From assembly GCA_963702475.1 (NCBI GenBank), contig CAVPCT010000002.1:350009-414008 (forward strand): a stretch of 64,000 nt of DNA, written 5' to 3'. The translations under genes and the position numbers were made by a program. Positions 10,096 through 20,735 of the stretch are shown piece by piece (the stretch's first letter is position 1; every line of letters starts with the position of its first letter). Source of the stretch: an uncultured Thermoleophilia bacterium (GTDB lineage: Bacteria > Actinomycetota > Thermoleophilia > UBA2241). Below the pieces are notes generated by a model. That model had not been told where the DNA came from. It saw nothing but the letters and a program-made list of their open reading frames with translations, and ran no database searches.

Positions 10096-10945
10096 ATGGC
10101 GGAGCAAGACTACGTGCACATGCCGTCGCTGGAGGAGTACTCGAAGCGGTTCGAGCGCTTCTTCAAGTTCACGCGGTCCGACGACGGCATCCTCGAGGTG
10201 CGGATGCACACATGCGACGGTCCGGTGCGCTGGAGCTACCAGATGCACCACGCCATCTCGGAGCTCTGGACGGCCGTCGGGCACGACGTCAAGAACGAAG
10301 TGCTCATCTTCACGTCCACCGGCGACCAGTGGATCAACGAGGTGGACGCTTCGTCCTTCAAGGATGTCGAGCAGTCCGACGACGACGACCAGCGTTTCAA
10401 CGTCCAGATCTACGACACCCTCAAGGTCGTCGAGAACTTCGTCAACGACATCGAGATCCCGACGATCTGCGCCGTCAACGGCCGCGGCATCCACTGGGAG
10501 ATGGCGATGATGAGCGACATCACGCTCTGCACGCCGGACTTCATCCTGCAGGACGACCACTTCGTGATGAAGGGCGGCCACGTGCCCGGCGACGGCATGA
10601 CGATGGCCTTGCAGCAGGTCCTCGGCATCAAGCGCGGCAACTACATGAGCTACACCAACGCGGGCATCGACGCCGAGACCTGCCTCAAGCTCGGCGCGGT
10701 CAACGAGATCGTCGAGCGCGAGCGCATCGTCGAGCGCGCCTGGGAGCTGGCGCGCATGATCATGAAGACCAACCGCTCCACTCGCCGCCTCACCCACCAC
10801 GTCGCCGTGCGGCCGTGGCGCGAACTGGTGGAGCAGAACCTGCGCCAGCACGTGTACGCGGAGATGTACTCGTTCAACCTGGTCAAGTCGTCCCACGACT
10901 TCGACTCAGATCGCCTACTGCGACGACAAGATGGCGGAGATGTGA
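10096..10945 (+). CDS. Crotonase-superfamily beta-diketone hydrolase (6-oxocamphor hydrolase-like), paralog 1; frameshift near the 3' end
   Basis: EVRMHT..W, AVNGRGIHWE, QDDHF, VPGDG and YAE match the OCH pattern; corrected end HDF...IAYCDDKMAEM-stop. Confidence 0.85.
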
Positions 10946-10966
10946 GGAACGGAAGGAGACCTGACC

Positions 10967-11822
10967 ATGGCGATGCAGCCGTACGTGCACGTGGAGACCG
11001 CTCGAGGAGTACGCAGAGCGGTTCAAGGACTTCGCCCACCTGGAGCGCAACGACGAGGGCATCCTCTTCTGCCGCCTCCACTGGAAGGGCGAGGCCTGCG
11101 TGTGGAGCTACCAGACCCAGAACGCCTACGGCGAGCTCTGGACGGCCATCGGTCACGACAAGGAGACCGAGATCGTCATCCTCACCTGCGCCGACCCCTA
11201 CTGGATCACGCAGCGCAGCGACCCCGCCTCCTTCGACGAGGTCGAGGACTCAGACTCCACCACGCTCAAGTACAACTGCAACGTGCCCGACACGATGAAC
11301 TTCGTCGAGAACTTCATCAACGACATCGAGGTGCCGGTCATCACGGCCATCAACGGCATCGGCCAGCACTACGAGTTCGGGCTCATGGCCGACATCTGCA
11401 TCTGCGACCCGGACTTCTACTTCTCGGATGCGCACTTCTCGCACAACATCGTCCCGGGCGACGGCATGAACTTCTCCTACCGTATGTGCCTGGGGCAGAG
11501 GCGCGCCTCGTACATGGCGTACATGGAGCCGAAGATCGACGCGCAGACCGCCCTGGCGTGGGGGCTGGTCGACGAGATCGTCGCCCACGACGAGCTCGTC
11601 CCGCGCGCCTACGAGATCGCCCGGCATATCCTCAAGACCGGCCGGGCGGTCCGCCGCCTCACGCACGAGCTCGTCATGCGCCCGTGGAAGCGCTTCCTGC
11701 AGGACGACGAGCGCGTGCGCGTGCTGGCCGAGATGTACGCCGTCCAGCTCGAGGCCACCCGGCACAACTTCGCCAAGATCGCCGCCGACTTCACCGGGGG
11801 GCGGCCCCAGCACAAGAAGTGA
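10967..11822 (+). CDS. Crotonase-superfamily beta-diketone hydrolase (OCH-like), paralog 2; frameshifts near the 5' end
   Basis: AINGIGQHYE, SDAHF, VPGDG, LAEMY; clear paralog of the upstream gene. Confidence 0.85.
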
Positions 11823-11973
11823 GCGGCGTGCCTGCGGACCGCCGCTCCACGCCTCACCTGCGGTGGGAATCGAGCACGGCGGCGAAGACCGTGAGGCCGG
11901 GACCCCACCCTGAGGGGGTCCCGGCCGCCGTCCGCCGGGACCAGCCACGACACTCCCTGGATAGAGGTGGCAG

Positions 11974-12672
11974 ATGAGCGGCGCGATCGAGATCATCGAG
12001 AAGGCCCGGAGCGCTGGACGGACCGTCCTCACGGAGGCGGAGTCCAAACAGCTCCTCGCCGATCTGGGCATCCGGACCACGGAGATGCGGCTGGCGGCCA
12101 CCCGCGAGGAGGCCGTGGCCGCCGGTCGCCTGATCGGCTATCCCTGCGTGCTCAAGGTGTCGTCGCCGGACATCACGCACAAGAGCGACGCCGGCGGGGT
12201 GAAGGTGGCGCTGGCCGACGAGGAACAGTTGGCCGAGGCCTGGGACGACATCATGGCGTCGTGCCGGGCGAAGTACCCCGACGCCGTGATCGAGGGCGTC
12301 AGCGTGCAGAACATGGCGCCGCAGGGGCTCGAGGTCATCGTCGGCATGGCGACCGACCCTCAGTTCGGCCCCGTCCTCATGTTCGGCCTGGGCGGCGTGT
12401 GGGTCGAGGTGCTCAAGGACGTCAGCTTCAAGATCGTCCCCCTGACGAGGGACGACGCGCGCAACGCCATCAGAGAGACCATCGCCTCGAGGCTCCTCGA
12501 GGGGTTTCGCGGCTCGGATCCGGTGGACACGGCCGCCCTCGAGGACATCCTGCTGCGCGTCTCGGACTTCGTGGCGGCCACGCCGGAAGTGAGGGAGATG
12601 GACATCAACCCCATCTTCGCGTACCCGCACGGCGCTATGGCCGTCGACGCCCGCGTCATCCTGGGGGAGTGA
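11974..12672 (+). CDS. ADP-forming acetate/acyl-CoA ligase beta subunit (ATP-grasp)
   Basis: LTEAESKQLL, HKSDAGGV, DPQFGPVLMFGLGG, EMDINP, AVDAR. Confidence 0.92.
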   Translation: MSGAIEIIEKARSAGRTVLTEAESKQLLADLGIRTTEMRLAATREEAVAAGRLIGYPCVLKVSSPDITHKSDAGGVKVALADEEQLAEAWDDIMASCRAKYPDAVIEGVSVQNMAPQGLEVIVGMATDPQFGPVLMFGLGGVWVEVLKDVSFKIVPLTRDDARNAIRETIASRLLEGFRGSDPVDTAALEDILLRVSDFVAATPEVREMDINPIFAYPHGAMAVDARVILGE

Positions 12673-12677
12673 GAGCC

Positions 12678-14078
12678 ATGTCATCGCAGACCGTCGAACA
12701 GCTGGCGCACATCTGCAACGCCGAGTCGGTGGCGCTCGTCGGCGCCAGCGACAAGGAGGGCAGCTTCGGACGCCTCTTCCTCGAGGGCCTCAGGGACGCC
12801 GGCTGCCGCAGGATCTACCCGGTCAACCCCAAGCGCGAGGAGATCCTCGGCATCACCGCCTACCCGAGCATCAGCGCCGTGCCGGACGAGATCGACCTGG
12901 CCATCCTCCTCACCCCGACCGGCGTCGCGCTGGACCTGGTCAAGGAGTGCGTCGCCAACCGGGTGAAGGGCGCCGTGGTGTTCGCCTCCGGCTTCGGTGA
13001 GCTCGGCGCGGAGGGCAAGGAGCTCGAGCGCGAGATCGGCCGCGTCGGCAGGGAGGGCGGCACGCGCGTCGATCGGCCCGAACTGCATCGGCCTCTTCAA
13101 CCCCAGGGCGGGCGTCATCACCTACCCGCAGGTGCTGATGAAGGGCATCCCCAGGGAGCCCGGCTCGGTCGGCGGCTTCTCGCAGAGCGGCTCGTTCGTC
13201 GACTATCTCGTGTGGTTCCTGGCCGAGAAGGGCCTGCGCTTCAGCACCATCGTGAGCTGCGGCAACGAGTGCGACCTGGCCGCCGAGGACTACCTGGAGT
13301 ACTTCGGGCAGGACGAGCAGACGAAGACGATCGTCGCCTACATGGAGGGCGTCAAGGACGGCCGCCGCTTCTTCGAGGTGGCTCGGGACGTCGGGCCGCC
13401 GGAAGCCGATCATCCTGTGGAAGGGCGGGCATGAGCGAGCACGGCGCCCGGGCCGCGGCGTCACACACCGGCGCGCTGGCCGGGTCCGCCGAGCATCTGG
13501 CGCGCGATGTTCAGGCAGACGGGCATCATCGACGTCACCAGCGTGGCGGAGGTCGTCGACTGCGCCGTGGCGTTCCACGCACCTGCCGCTGCCCAAAGGG
13601 CCGCAGAGTGGCGCGTCATCGGCGGGCAGGGCGGGACCGGCGTGGGGACGGCGGACAACTGCTACGCGCTCGGGCTGGAGCTGCCGCGCCTGCTCGGAGC
13701 AGCACGGTCGCCCGCCTGCGCGAGGTGCTGCCGCCGGTCGGCACGTCGGTCGGCAACCCGACCGACACCGGCGTGGCCTCGCTGCTCGACCCGGGCCTGT
13801 ACGAGAAGGCCATCGAGATCGTCGCCGACGACGAGGGCATCGACATGATCCTCGTCATCTCGACGCCCGTGCCGGAGTGCCTCGACGCACGTGGCCGCGG
13901 CCGCCAAGGCGATCGACAAGCCGCTGGCGGTCTCCGTGTACGCCCTGCCCGAGTCGGAGCCGGAGATCTACGCGTCGCTGGGCGCCAGGGCGTGGCCGCG
14001 TACCCGGACCCGAAGCGCGCGGCCTACGTGCTCGCGCGCATGGCCGAGTACGCGAGGTTCCGTGAGAGCTCGAAGTAG
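12678..14078 (+). CDS. ADP-forming acetate/acyl-CoA ligase alpha subunit (CoA-binding); several frameshifts
   Basis: SVALVGAS, IYPVNPK, GPNCIG, SQSG, GNECDL, AAASHTGALAGS (phospho-His motif), GNPTD across frames. Confidence 0.88.
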   Translation: MSSQTVEQLAHICNAESVALVGASDKEGSFGRLFLEGLRDAGCRRIYPVNPKREEILGITAYPSISAVPDEIDLAILLTPTGVALDLVKECVANRVKGAVVFASGFGELGAEGKELEREIGRVGREGGTRVDRPELHRPLQPQGGRHHLPAGADEGHPQGARLGRRLLAERLVRRLSRVVPGREGPALQHHRELRQRVRPGRRGLPGVLRAGRADEDDRRLHGGRQGRPPLLRGGSGRRAAGSRSSCGRAGMSEHGARAAASHTGALAGSAEHLARDVQADGHHRRHQRGGGRRLRRGVPRTCRCPKGRRVARHRRAGRDRRGDGGQLLRARAGAAAPARSSTVARLREVLPPVGTSVGNPTDTGVASLLDPGLYEKAIEIVADDEGIDMILVISTPVPECLDARGRGRQGDRQAAGGLRVRPARVGAGDLRVAGRQGVAAYPDPKRAAYVLARMAEYARFRESSK

Positions 14079-14194
14079 CACCGCTCGGAGGCGGTGCGCC
14101 CGCTGCGGGGCGCCGCCGGCCGGCGCCCCGTCCGTCCCGACGACGGGACGGTTGGAGCGGTCGTCGCCCCAAGAAGATAGGCAGCGGGATGGTG

Positions 14195-14250
14195 TTGACT
14201 TCCCTCCGGACGAGCGGTAGTCTGCGATAACTTCGTATACGAACTCGCAT
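14195..14250 (+). promoter_or_regulatory. Promoter plus operator, copy 3
   Basis: TTGACT (14195-14200)-N17-TAGTCT (14218-14223), then AACTTCGTATACGAACTC-GC-AT. Confidence 0.85.
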
Positions 14251-14293
14251 TCTAGTAGGCCTGTCGCTAGTTCCAGGGGGGTGTCGAAGCCTC

Positions 14294-14352
14294 TTGACTC
14301 TCACGCAGGCGGGCGCTACGCTCTGATACTCCGTATACGAACTCGGATACGT
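14294..14352 (+). promoter_or_regulatory. Promoter plus operator, copy 4 (drives operon from 14416)
   Basis: TTGACT (14294-14299)-N17-TACGCT (14317-14322), then TACTCCGTATACGAACTC-GG-ATACGT. Confidence 0.85.
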
Positions 14353-14415
14353 AGTGAGGGCGCGTCCCGTCATGACCCGTGCCGACCAACATCGACTCCG
14401 CTGCGAGGGATACAG

Positions 14416-15461
14416 ATGATCATCGACGCCAACATGCACTGGCTCCCCGAGGACCTGTTCACCGAACATCGAGCTGCGTGACGCGTTCCTCGCCTGCGTC
14501 CCCAAGGAGGAGGGCGAGCACGCCTACGTCACGCCGATGCCCGGCACCGACCTCGAGCAGATCGTGATCGCCAAGCCCGAGGGTCACGAGAACCTGAACT
14601 ACGCCGAGAACCAGTACGACCCGGCGCTGCGCGTCAAGGACATGGACGGCGCCGGCGTCGACCTCGCCGTGCTGCGTATCCCCGTGTTCCAGAGCTGGCT
14701 GCCGCTCGACCTGTGCACGCAGGTCAACGACCGGCTCGCCGCCCACGTGGCCGACTACCCGGAGCGCGTGCGCGCGCTGGCCGTGGCTCCGCCCGACGGC
14801 ACCCCCGAGTGCCTGGCCGAGGTGGAGCGCGCCCTCGCCCTGCCCGGCTTCGTCGGCGTGCAGATGGCGGCCCACTACGGCAGCGATAGGAGCGGACTAC
14901 CTCGACCACCCCCGCTTCCGCAGCTACTTCAAGGCGCTCGACGCCCTCGGCGTCCCGGTGGTCGTGCACCACACGCCGCTGCCGGTCGAGTGGGCGAGCC
15001 TCGTGACCTACACCAACATGCGCCGCCAGTACGGGCGCTGCGTCGACCAGGGCACGGCCGTCGGCCGCGAGATCTTCAGCGACCTCTTCGAGGAGTGCCC
15101 CAACCTGCGGCTCATCCACTCCATGCTCGGCGGCGGCTTCTTCGCCTACGCCAACATGCTGGCGCCGCGCAGCAAGAAGTCCAACGAGGAGCTGGAGCGG
15201 TTCGACCCGGCGGCCGGCGTGCGCGAGCGCCTCGAGACCAACATCTACTTCGACACGTCCGGCGCCGCCCAGTGGGGCAAGGACCAGCTCGAGTGCGCCG
15301 TCAAGGTGTTCGGCGCCGACCACATCCTGTACGGCAGCTCGTATCCCGTGCGCCGCGAGTGGTTCGCCCAGGGCATCGACTTCGTCAAGGCCCTGGACAT
15401 CCCGCAGGAGAGCAAGGACCTCATCCTCGCCGGCAACGCACAGCGGATGTTCGACCTCTGA
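14416..15461 (+). CDS. Amidohydrolase_2 family protein with atypical metal motifs; frameshifts near 14470 and 14890
   Basis: IIDANMHW, DMDGAGVDLAVL, VNDRLA, VVVHH, IHSMLGGG, IYFDT, FGADHILYGSSYP, ILAGNAQRMF. Confidence 0.85.
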
Positions 15462-15531
15462 GACTGACACGCCGGACGACGATCGGCCGCCCGGCTTGGC
15501 TGGACTGCACCTTCGGAAAAGGAGACAAGTC

Positions 15532-16686
15532 GTGAGTCATCAGTTGGGGATCCCCAAGGCAGCGCTTGATGCGCTGATTCAATTGGTGGACTACGACGCG
15601 CAGGTCAAGCCGGGCATGGAGGTCCTCATCGGGGCCCACCTCGACGGCGCCTACGGCAGTGAGAACCTGGTGGATCCGGTGGTCGTCAGCTGGGTCCAGG
15701 CCATGGTCGCTTCGCGCGGCGCCAATTGCTCGGTCCTCTGGATCGACGAGATCATGAAGAAGCACGAGTGGCGCGTGCCGCCCATCCTCAAGGGCGCCAT
15801 CACCGACGCCGATCTGTTCATCAACTTCTCTCTCGATCTGGCCATCGAGGAGAACGCGGAGTTCCGGCAGTACATCGAGAAGACGAAGACCTGGTACGTG
15901 CGCATGTTCCCCGTCACCACGGCCCTGCTGATGACCGATTGGGCGCGGACGCCGCATGAGCTCGTGGTCATGGTCCGCCACGTCAGCTCCGATCCGTTCA
16001 TGAACCACATGGCCAAGTTCGTCATGAGCGACACCAACGGCACGGAGCTCGAAGGCAACATCCTCGATCCGGTGAAGCGCGAGGGTATCCCCGGCATGCC
16101 CTACAACTCCTGGCGCAGGGACGCCAGCCACTACATCCCGTGGCCTGAGTGGGTCCACCCGCCGGTCAACTGCAAGAACGTCAACGGCGTCCTGTTCTTC
16201 GACTGCATGCTGCCCTACTGGGCGCGCTACATGGGCATCGCCCCGGCCTGGCAGGACCCGGTCCGCGTGGATGTCGTCGACAACAAGATGGTCAAGATCT
16301 CCGGCGGCAAGGAAGCCGACGCGATCAACCGCGCCCTGAAGGACCTGGAGACCAAGGTCGGCGACGGCATCTGGAAGTTCGACACCTTCCACTTCGGCAT
16401 CCACCCGAACGCGAGCGTCACGCACGACCAGTGCCCGAACGACATCTACAGGCGGATCATCGAGCACTCGCACCCCTCCAACATGCATTGGCACCTCGGT
16501 TCGGCGCCGGCCAACGAGAACTACAACTTCTATCCTCACGTCACTGCCGACATCCGCAACTGCACCCTCAAGATCGCCGACGAGCTCGTGTGGGACAACG
16601 GCTACATGCTGTGCCAGCAGGACCCGAGAGTGCTCGAGGTCGCTGCCAAGTACCCCGATCTCCCCGGCATTCCCGAGCGGGTCTAG
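15532..16686 (+). CDS. Aminopeptidase T (M29)/NicX-fold metalloprotein of unknown function
   Basis: VKPGMEVLI, DTNGTELEG, NGVLFFD, PVRVDVVDNKMVKISGG, FHFGIHPNA, HWHLGS, HVTADIRNCTL; GTG start after AAGGAG. Confidence 0.65.
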   Translation: MSHQLGIPKAALDALIQLVDYDAQVKPGMEVLIGAHLDGAYGSENLVDPVVVSWVQAMVASRGANCSVLWIDEIMKKHEWRVPPILKGAITDADLFINFSLDLAIEENAEFRQYIEKTKTWYVRMFPVTTALLMTDWARTPHELVVMVRHVSSDPFMNHMAKFVMSDTNGTELEGNILDPVKREGIPGMPYNSWRRDASHYIPWPEWVHPPVNCKNVNGVLFFDCMLPYWARYMGIAPAWQDPVRVDVVDNKMVKISGGKEADAINRALKDLETKVGDGIWKFDTFHFGIHPNASVTHDQCPNDIYRRIIEHSHPSNMHWHLGSAPANENYNFYPHVTADIRNCTLKIADELVWDNGYMLCQQDPRVLEVAAKYPDLPGIPERV

Positions 16687-16716
16687 GCGATCGAGCGACA
16701 GACAGGAGAAGAAGGT

Positions 16717-17902
16717 ATGAGCAGGCTGATCGCCTACATCGGGCGCAACCACGTGGGCGGCTTCAAGGGCGGCGGCATCGACATCCTCGAGATCAGCGAG
16801 GACGGCAGCAGCATCACCCCGCTGCCCGGCGGCGCCGTGGACATGCCGAAGCGGGCGGGCTACCTCGCCTACGCGCCCAAGGCGGGCGTCCTCTACTCGG
16901 TCGACGAGCGGAAGACCGACGGACGCGGCCCCAAGCAGCCGGCCTCGTCCGTGATGGCGTTCAAGGTGGACCAGGAGACCGGCGCGCTGACCTTCCTGAA
17001 CCAGCAGCCCACCGTGGGGGCCATGCCGGCCTCCATCACGGTGGACGAGGACAAGAGGCTCCTCTGGACCGCCAACCACGGCTTCTTCGACCACGTGGTC
17101 AAGGCGGTCCAGCTCGCCGACGGCACGTGGGTCGAGAAGTTCGAGTACGACGACTCGACGGTGGTCCAGTACGGCCTGAACGACGACGGCTCCATCGGCC
17201 CGGTCCAGGACGTGCACGTGCTGACCGGCTACGGCACCGACCCGAACGACTCGCCGCAGGGCGGCGGCCACGCGCAGGCCAGCCCTCACGCGCACATCGT
17301 CGTGATCGACCCGTCGGGCAAGTTCATGGTGGCGTGCGAGAAGGCCGGGCGAGCGCATCTACGTCTACCGCATCGGCGGCAAGAGACTGGAGCTCGCCTC
17401 CGTCTACCAGTGCCCGGCGGGCACCGGCCCCCGGCACGTCGCGTTCCACAAGGACACGGGCCGCATGTTCATGACGTGCGAGTTCTCGTCCGAGCTCTGG
17501 TCCTTCGACTTCGACGGCGAGACCGGCGTGCTGAGCTTCATCGACAAGCAGTCGACGCTCGACGGGTTCACGGGCCGCAACGAGACGGCCACCGTGCAGG
17601 TGCACCCGAGCGGCCGCTTCGTGTACATGAACAACCGCGGCCAGGACGACGTCGTCTGGTTCACCGTCTCCGACGACGGCCATCTCACGAAGTCCGGACG
17701 GGTCGAGCTGAGCCGGTGCGAGGATCCCAAGGACGCGACGCGGGCGATGACGCTCTCGCCGTCCGGCGCGTTCCTGCTCGTCCCGGACCGCCCGGCGGAC
17801 ATCGTCCGGGCGTACGCAGTGGACCCGGACGACGGGAGCCTGAAGGCCGTGGCCGAAGTCCCGGTCGAGAACCCGGTCTTCATCCAGTTCGTCGAGCTCT
17901 GA
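16717..17902 (+). CDS. Lactonase family 7-bladed beta-propeller (6-phosphogluconolactonase/carboxymuconate cyclase-like); frameshift near 17350
   Basis: TGALTFLNQQPT, TANHG, QASPHAH, DPSGKF, GPRHVAFH, HPSGRFVYMNNRGQDD. Confidence 0.85.
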
Positions 17903-17915
17903 GCCGGTCTGACCA

Positions 17916-17964
17916 CGTCGCTCCCGGCCCCCATGGGGGTGCCCCGTGGGGGCCGGGAGCGACG
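17916..17964 (+). terminator. Long inverted repeat between the lactonase and AthL paralog 2
   Basis: CGTCGCTCCCGGCCCCCATGGGG...CCCCGTGGGGGCCGGGAGCGACG. Confidence 0.5.
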
Positions 17965-18172
17965 GCCGGACCGGACCTCTCCTCCGCCGCCGGCGGAGGG
18001 CGGGCACGCGCCGATCAGAGGCCCCGGAGGCTTCGCAGCCACCAGGAGCCTCTGATGGGCGGCATCTCCGCCCTGGTCCCGGCAATCGGGTGAGGGATGG
18101 ATCCGAACCAGTGAGCACGCGACTTCACACGACGAACGACAGCCTGCGAGGTGCACGAGAGGTGGTTGTCCT

Positions 18173-20714
18173 ATGAGCGAGGAGCAGGTCTTCACCCAGT
18201 GCACGGTCGGCGGGCCGGTGCGCGTGTACGTCGAGGACGGCGTCATCAAGCGGATGCGCCCCATCATCTTCGATGAGGACGACGCCGCGTCCTGGACGAT
18301 CGAGGCGCGCGGCCGGAAGTTCACGCCGCCGCGCAAGACCACCCTGCAGAGCTACGAGGTGCCCGAGCGGACGCGCGTCTACACGAACCGCATCCAGTAC
18401 CCGCTGAAGCGCAAGAACTTCGACCCGAACGGCGAGCGGCATCCCGAGCTGCGCGGCAAGGACGAGTACGTGCGCATCTCCTGGGACGAGGCCCTCGACC
18501 TCGTGGCCGGTGAGATCACCCGCATCCGCGAGACCCACGGTCCCGCGGCCATCACCGCCATGACCCCGTCCCACCAGAACTGGGGCTTCCTGCACTACAA
18601 GCTCGGCCCGCTCGGGCGCTTCTTCAACATCCTCGGCTACAGCCAGTGCCTGGACAATCCCGACAGCTGGGAGGGCTGGCACTGGGGCGCCACCCACGCC
18701 TGGGGCTACTGGTGGCGCCTGGGCCACTGCGAGCAGTCCGAGCTCCTGCAGGACGCGCTCAAGCACACCGAGCAGGTCATCTTCTGGTCGGTGGACCCCA
18801 ACAGCACCTCCTACATGTACAGCGGCCAGGAGAACCTCATCTGGCGCCACTGGATGAAGGAGCTCGGCATCCAGTTCGTGGTCATCGACCCGTACGACAA
18901 CTGCACCGCGAGCACCATGGGCGACAAGTGGATCGCGCCGCGCCCGGGCACCGACGCGGCGCTGGCCCAGGCGATCGGCTACGTGTGGCTCACCGAGGAC
19001 ACCTACGACCACTTCTTCGTCGAGAACCGCACCTACGGCTTCGACGAGTGGAAGCAGTACATCCTGGGCGAGGGCGAGGACGGCACGCCCAAGACGCCGG
19101 AGTGGGCCGCCGCCATCTGCGACGTGCCGGCCCACACCATCAGGGCGCTGGCGCGCGAGTGGGCGGCCAAGAAGACCATGCTGGCCGTGGCCAGCATCTT
19201 CGGCGCCACCGGCGCCTGCCGCCAGGCCTACGCCACCGAGTGGACCCGGCTGTGCATCTACCTCATGTCCATGCAGGGCTTCGGCAAGCCGGGCGTCAAC
19301 TTCTGGGGCGGCACCGGCAAGGGCGCGCCGCTGGACATGGGCTTCCACATGTTCGGCTACTCGGACAACGGCTGGGACGCCTTCGGCACCGTGGCCGAGA
19401 AGGCCTACTTCCCCGAGGGCAACACGGTCACCCAGAAGACCTACCGCCACCTGCTGCCGGACATCGTCATGGACCCGCCGGTGAGCTGGATCGGCGAGGG
19501 CTTCTGCGGCCAGAGCATCGAGCAGCAGTTCCGCCCCTTCACCTGCCCGGAGGAGGGGCCGGACGGCGCCCCCATCAAGATGATCCACCGCCAGGGCGGG
19601 TCGTTCATCAGCACGATGAGCGAGACCAACAAGTGGGTGCGGATGTACCAGCACCCCAACCTCGAGTTCGTCGTGATGCAGGACTGCCACTGGTCCAGCG
19701 AGACCAGGTTCGGCGACGTCATCCTGCCGGTGAGCACCAACTTCGAGCACTCCGACCTCTCGGAGTGGGGAGCCGCCGGCGGCTACGGCTTCAACGACTT
19801 CAACAGCAACCACCGCATCTGCATCTACCAGCACAAGTGCATCGAGCCGCTCTGGGAGTCCAAGCCCGACTACGAGATCTACACGCTCCTCGCGGCGCGG
19901 CTGGGCTTCGAGGAGGAGTACACGGAGGGCAACAGCATCGAGGACTGGAACCGCATCGTCTTCGACAAGTCCGACCTGCCCAAGTACGTCACCTACGAGG
20001 AGTTCAAGGAGAAGGGCTACTTCGTGGTGCCGGCCAGGCCGGACGACGAGGAGCCGGTCGTCTCCTTCCGCTGGTTCTACGAGGGCACGGACGCGGCGGT
20101 GCCGTCGGAGATGAGGACCCCGCCCGGCCCGCCGCGACAACGGCTCCGACCTGGCCACCCCGAGCGGCAAGGTGGAGTTCGTCTCGCAGACCCTCACGGC
20201 GTTCGACCCGGACGACGAGGAACGGCCGCCCATGGCGCGCTACATCCCGAGCTGGGAGGGCTACGACACCGAGGGCCTGGTCGAGAAGTGGCCGCTGCAG
20301 ATGGTCTCGCCGCACCCGCGGTTCTCGTACCACACGCACAACGACAACAAGAGCCTCTGGCTGGACGACATCCCGCAGCACCGGGTCAAGATCGACGGCT
20401 ACGCCTACTGGCCGGTGCGCATCAACCCGGCGGACGCGGCGGCTCGCGGCATCAAGCACCACGACCTGGTGAAGGTCTTCAACGACCGCGGCGCCGTCAT
20501 CTGCGCGGCGATCGTGACCGAGCGGATGCGGCCCGGCGTCGTCCACTCCTACGAGGCGGGCGCGAAGTACGACCCGCTGGAGCCCGGCAAGCCCGGCAGC
20601 CCCGACCGGGGCGGCTGCGTGAACCTGCTGACGCCCTCGAGGATGGTCTCCAGGAACGCGCCGGGCGAGGCGCAGAACTCCTGCCTGGTCGAGGTGGCCA
20701 GGTGGGACGGCTAG
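18173..20714 (+). CDS. AthL-family Mo-bisMGD large subunit, paralog 2; frameshift near 20135
   Basis: CTVGGPVRVYVEDG, WTIEARGRKFTPPRKT, DNPDSWEGWHWG, SPHPRFSYHT, DRGGCVNLLTP. Confidence 0.92.
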
Positions 20715-20735
20715 GCGAGGAGGTGAGAGAACTTC

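Noticed and set aside
3970-14239. Exact loxP 13-bp arm ATAACTTCGTATA at 3970-3982 and 14227-14239, suggesting Cre/lox sites or an engineered construct
   Set aside because: No 8-bp spacer or second inverted arm, the other three copies deviate, no tyrosine recombinase in the window, and every copy sits just after a -10 box. An operator explains it better.
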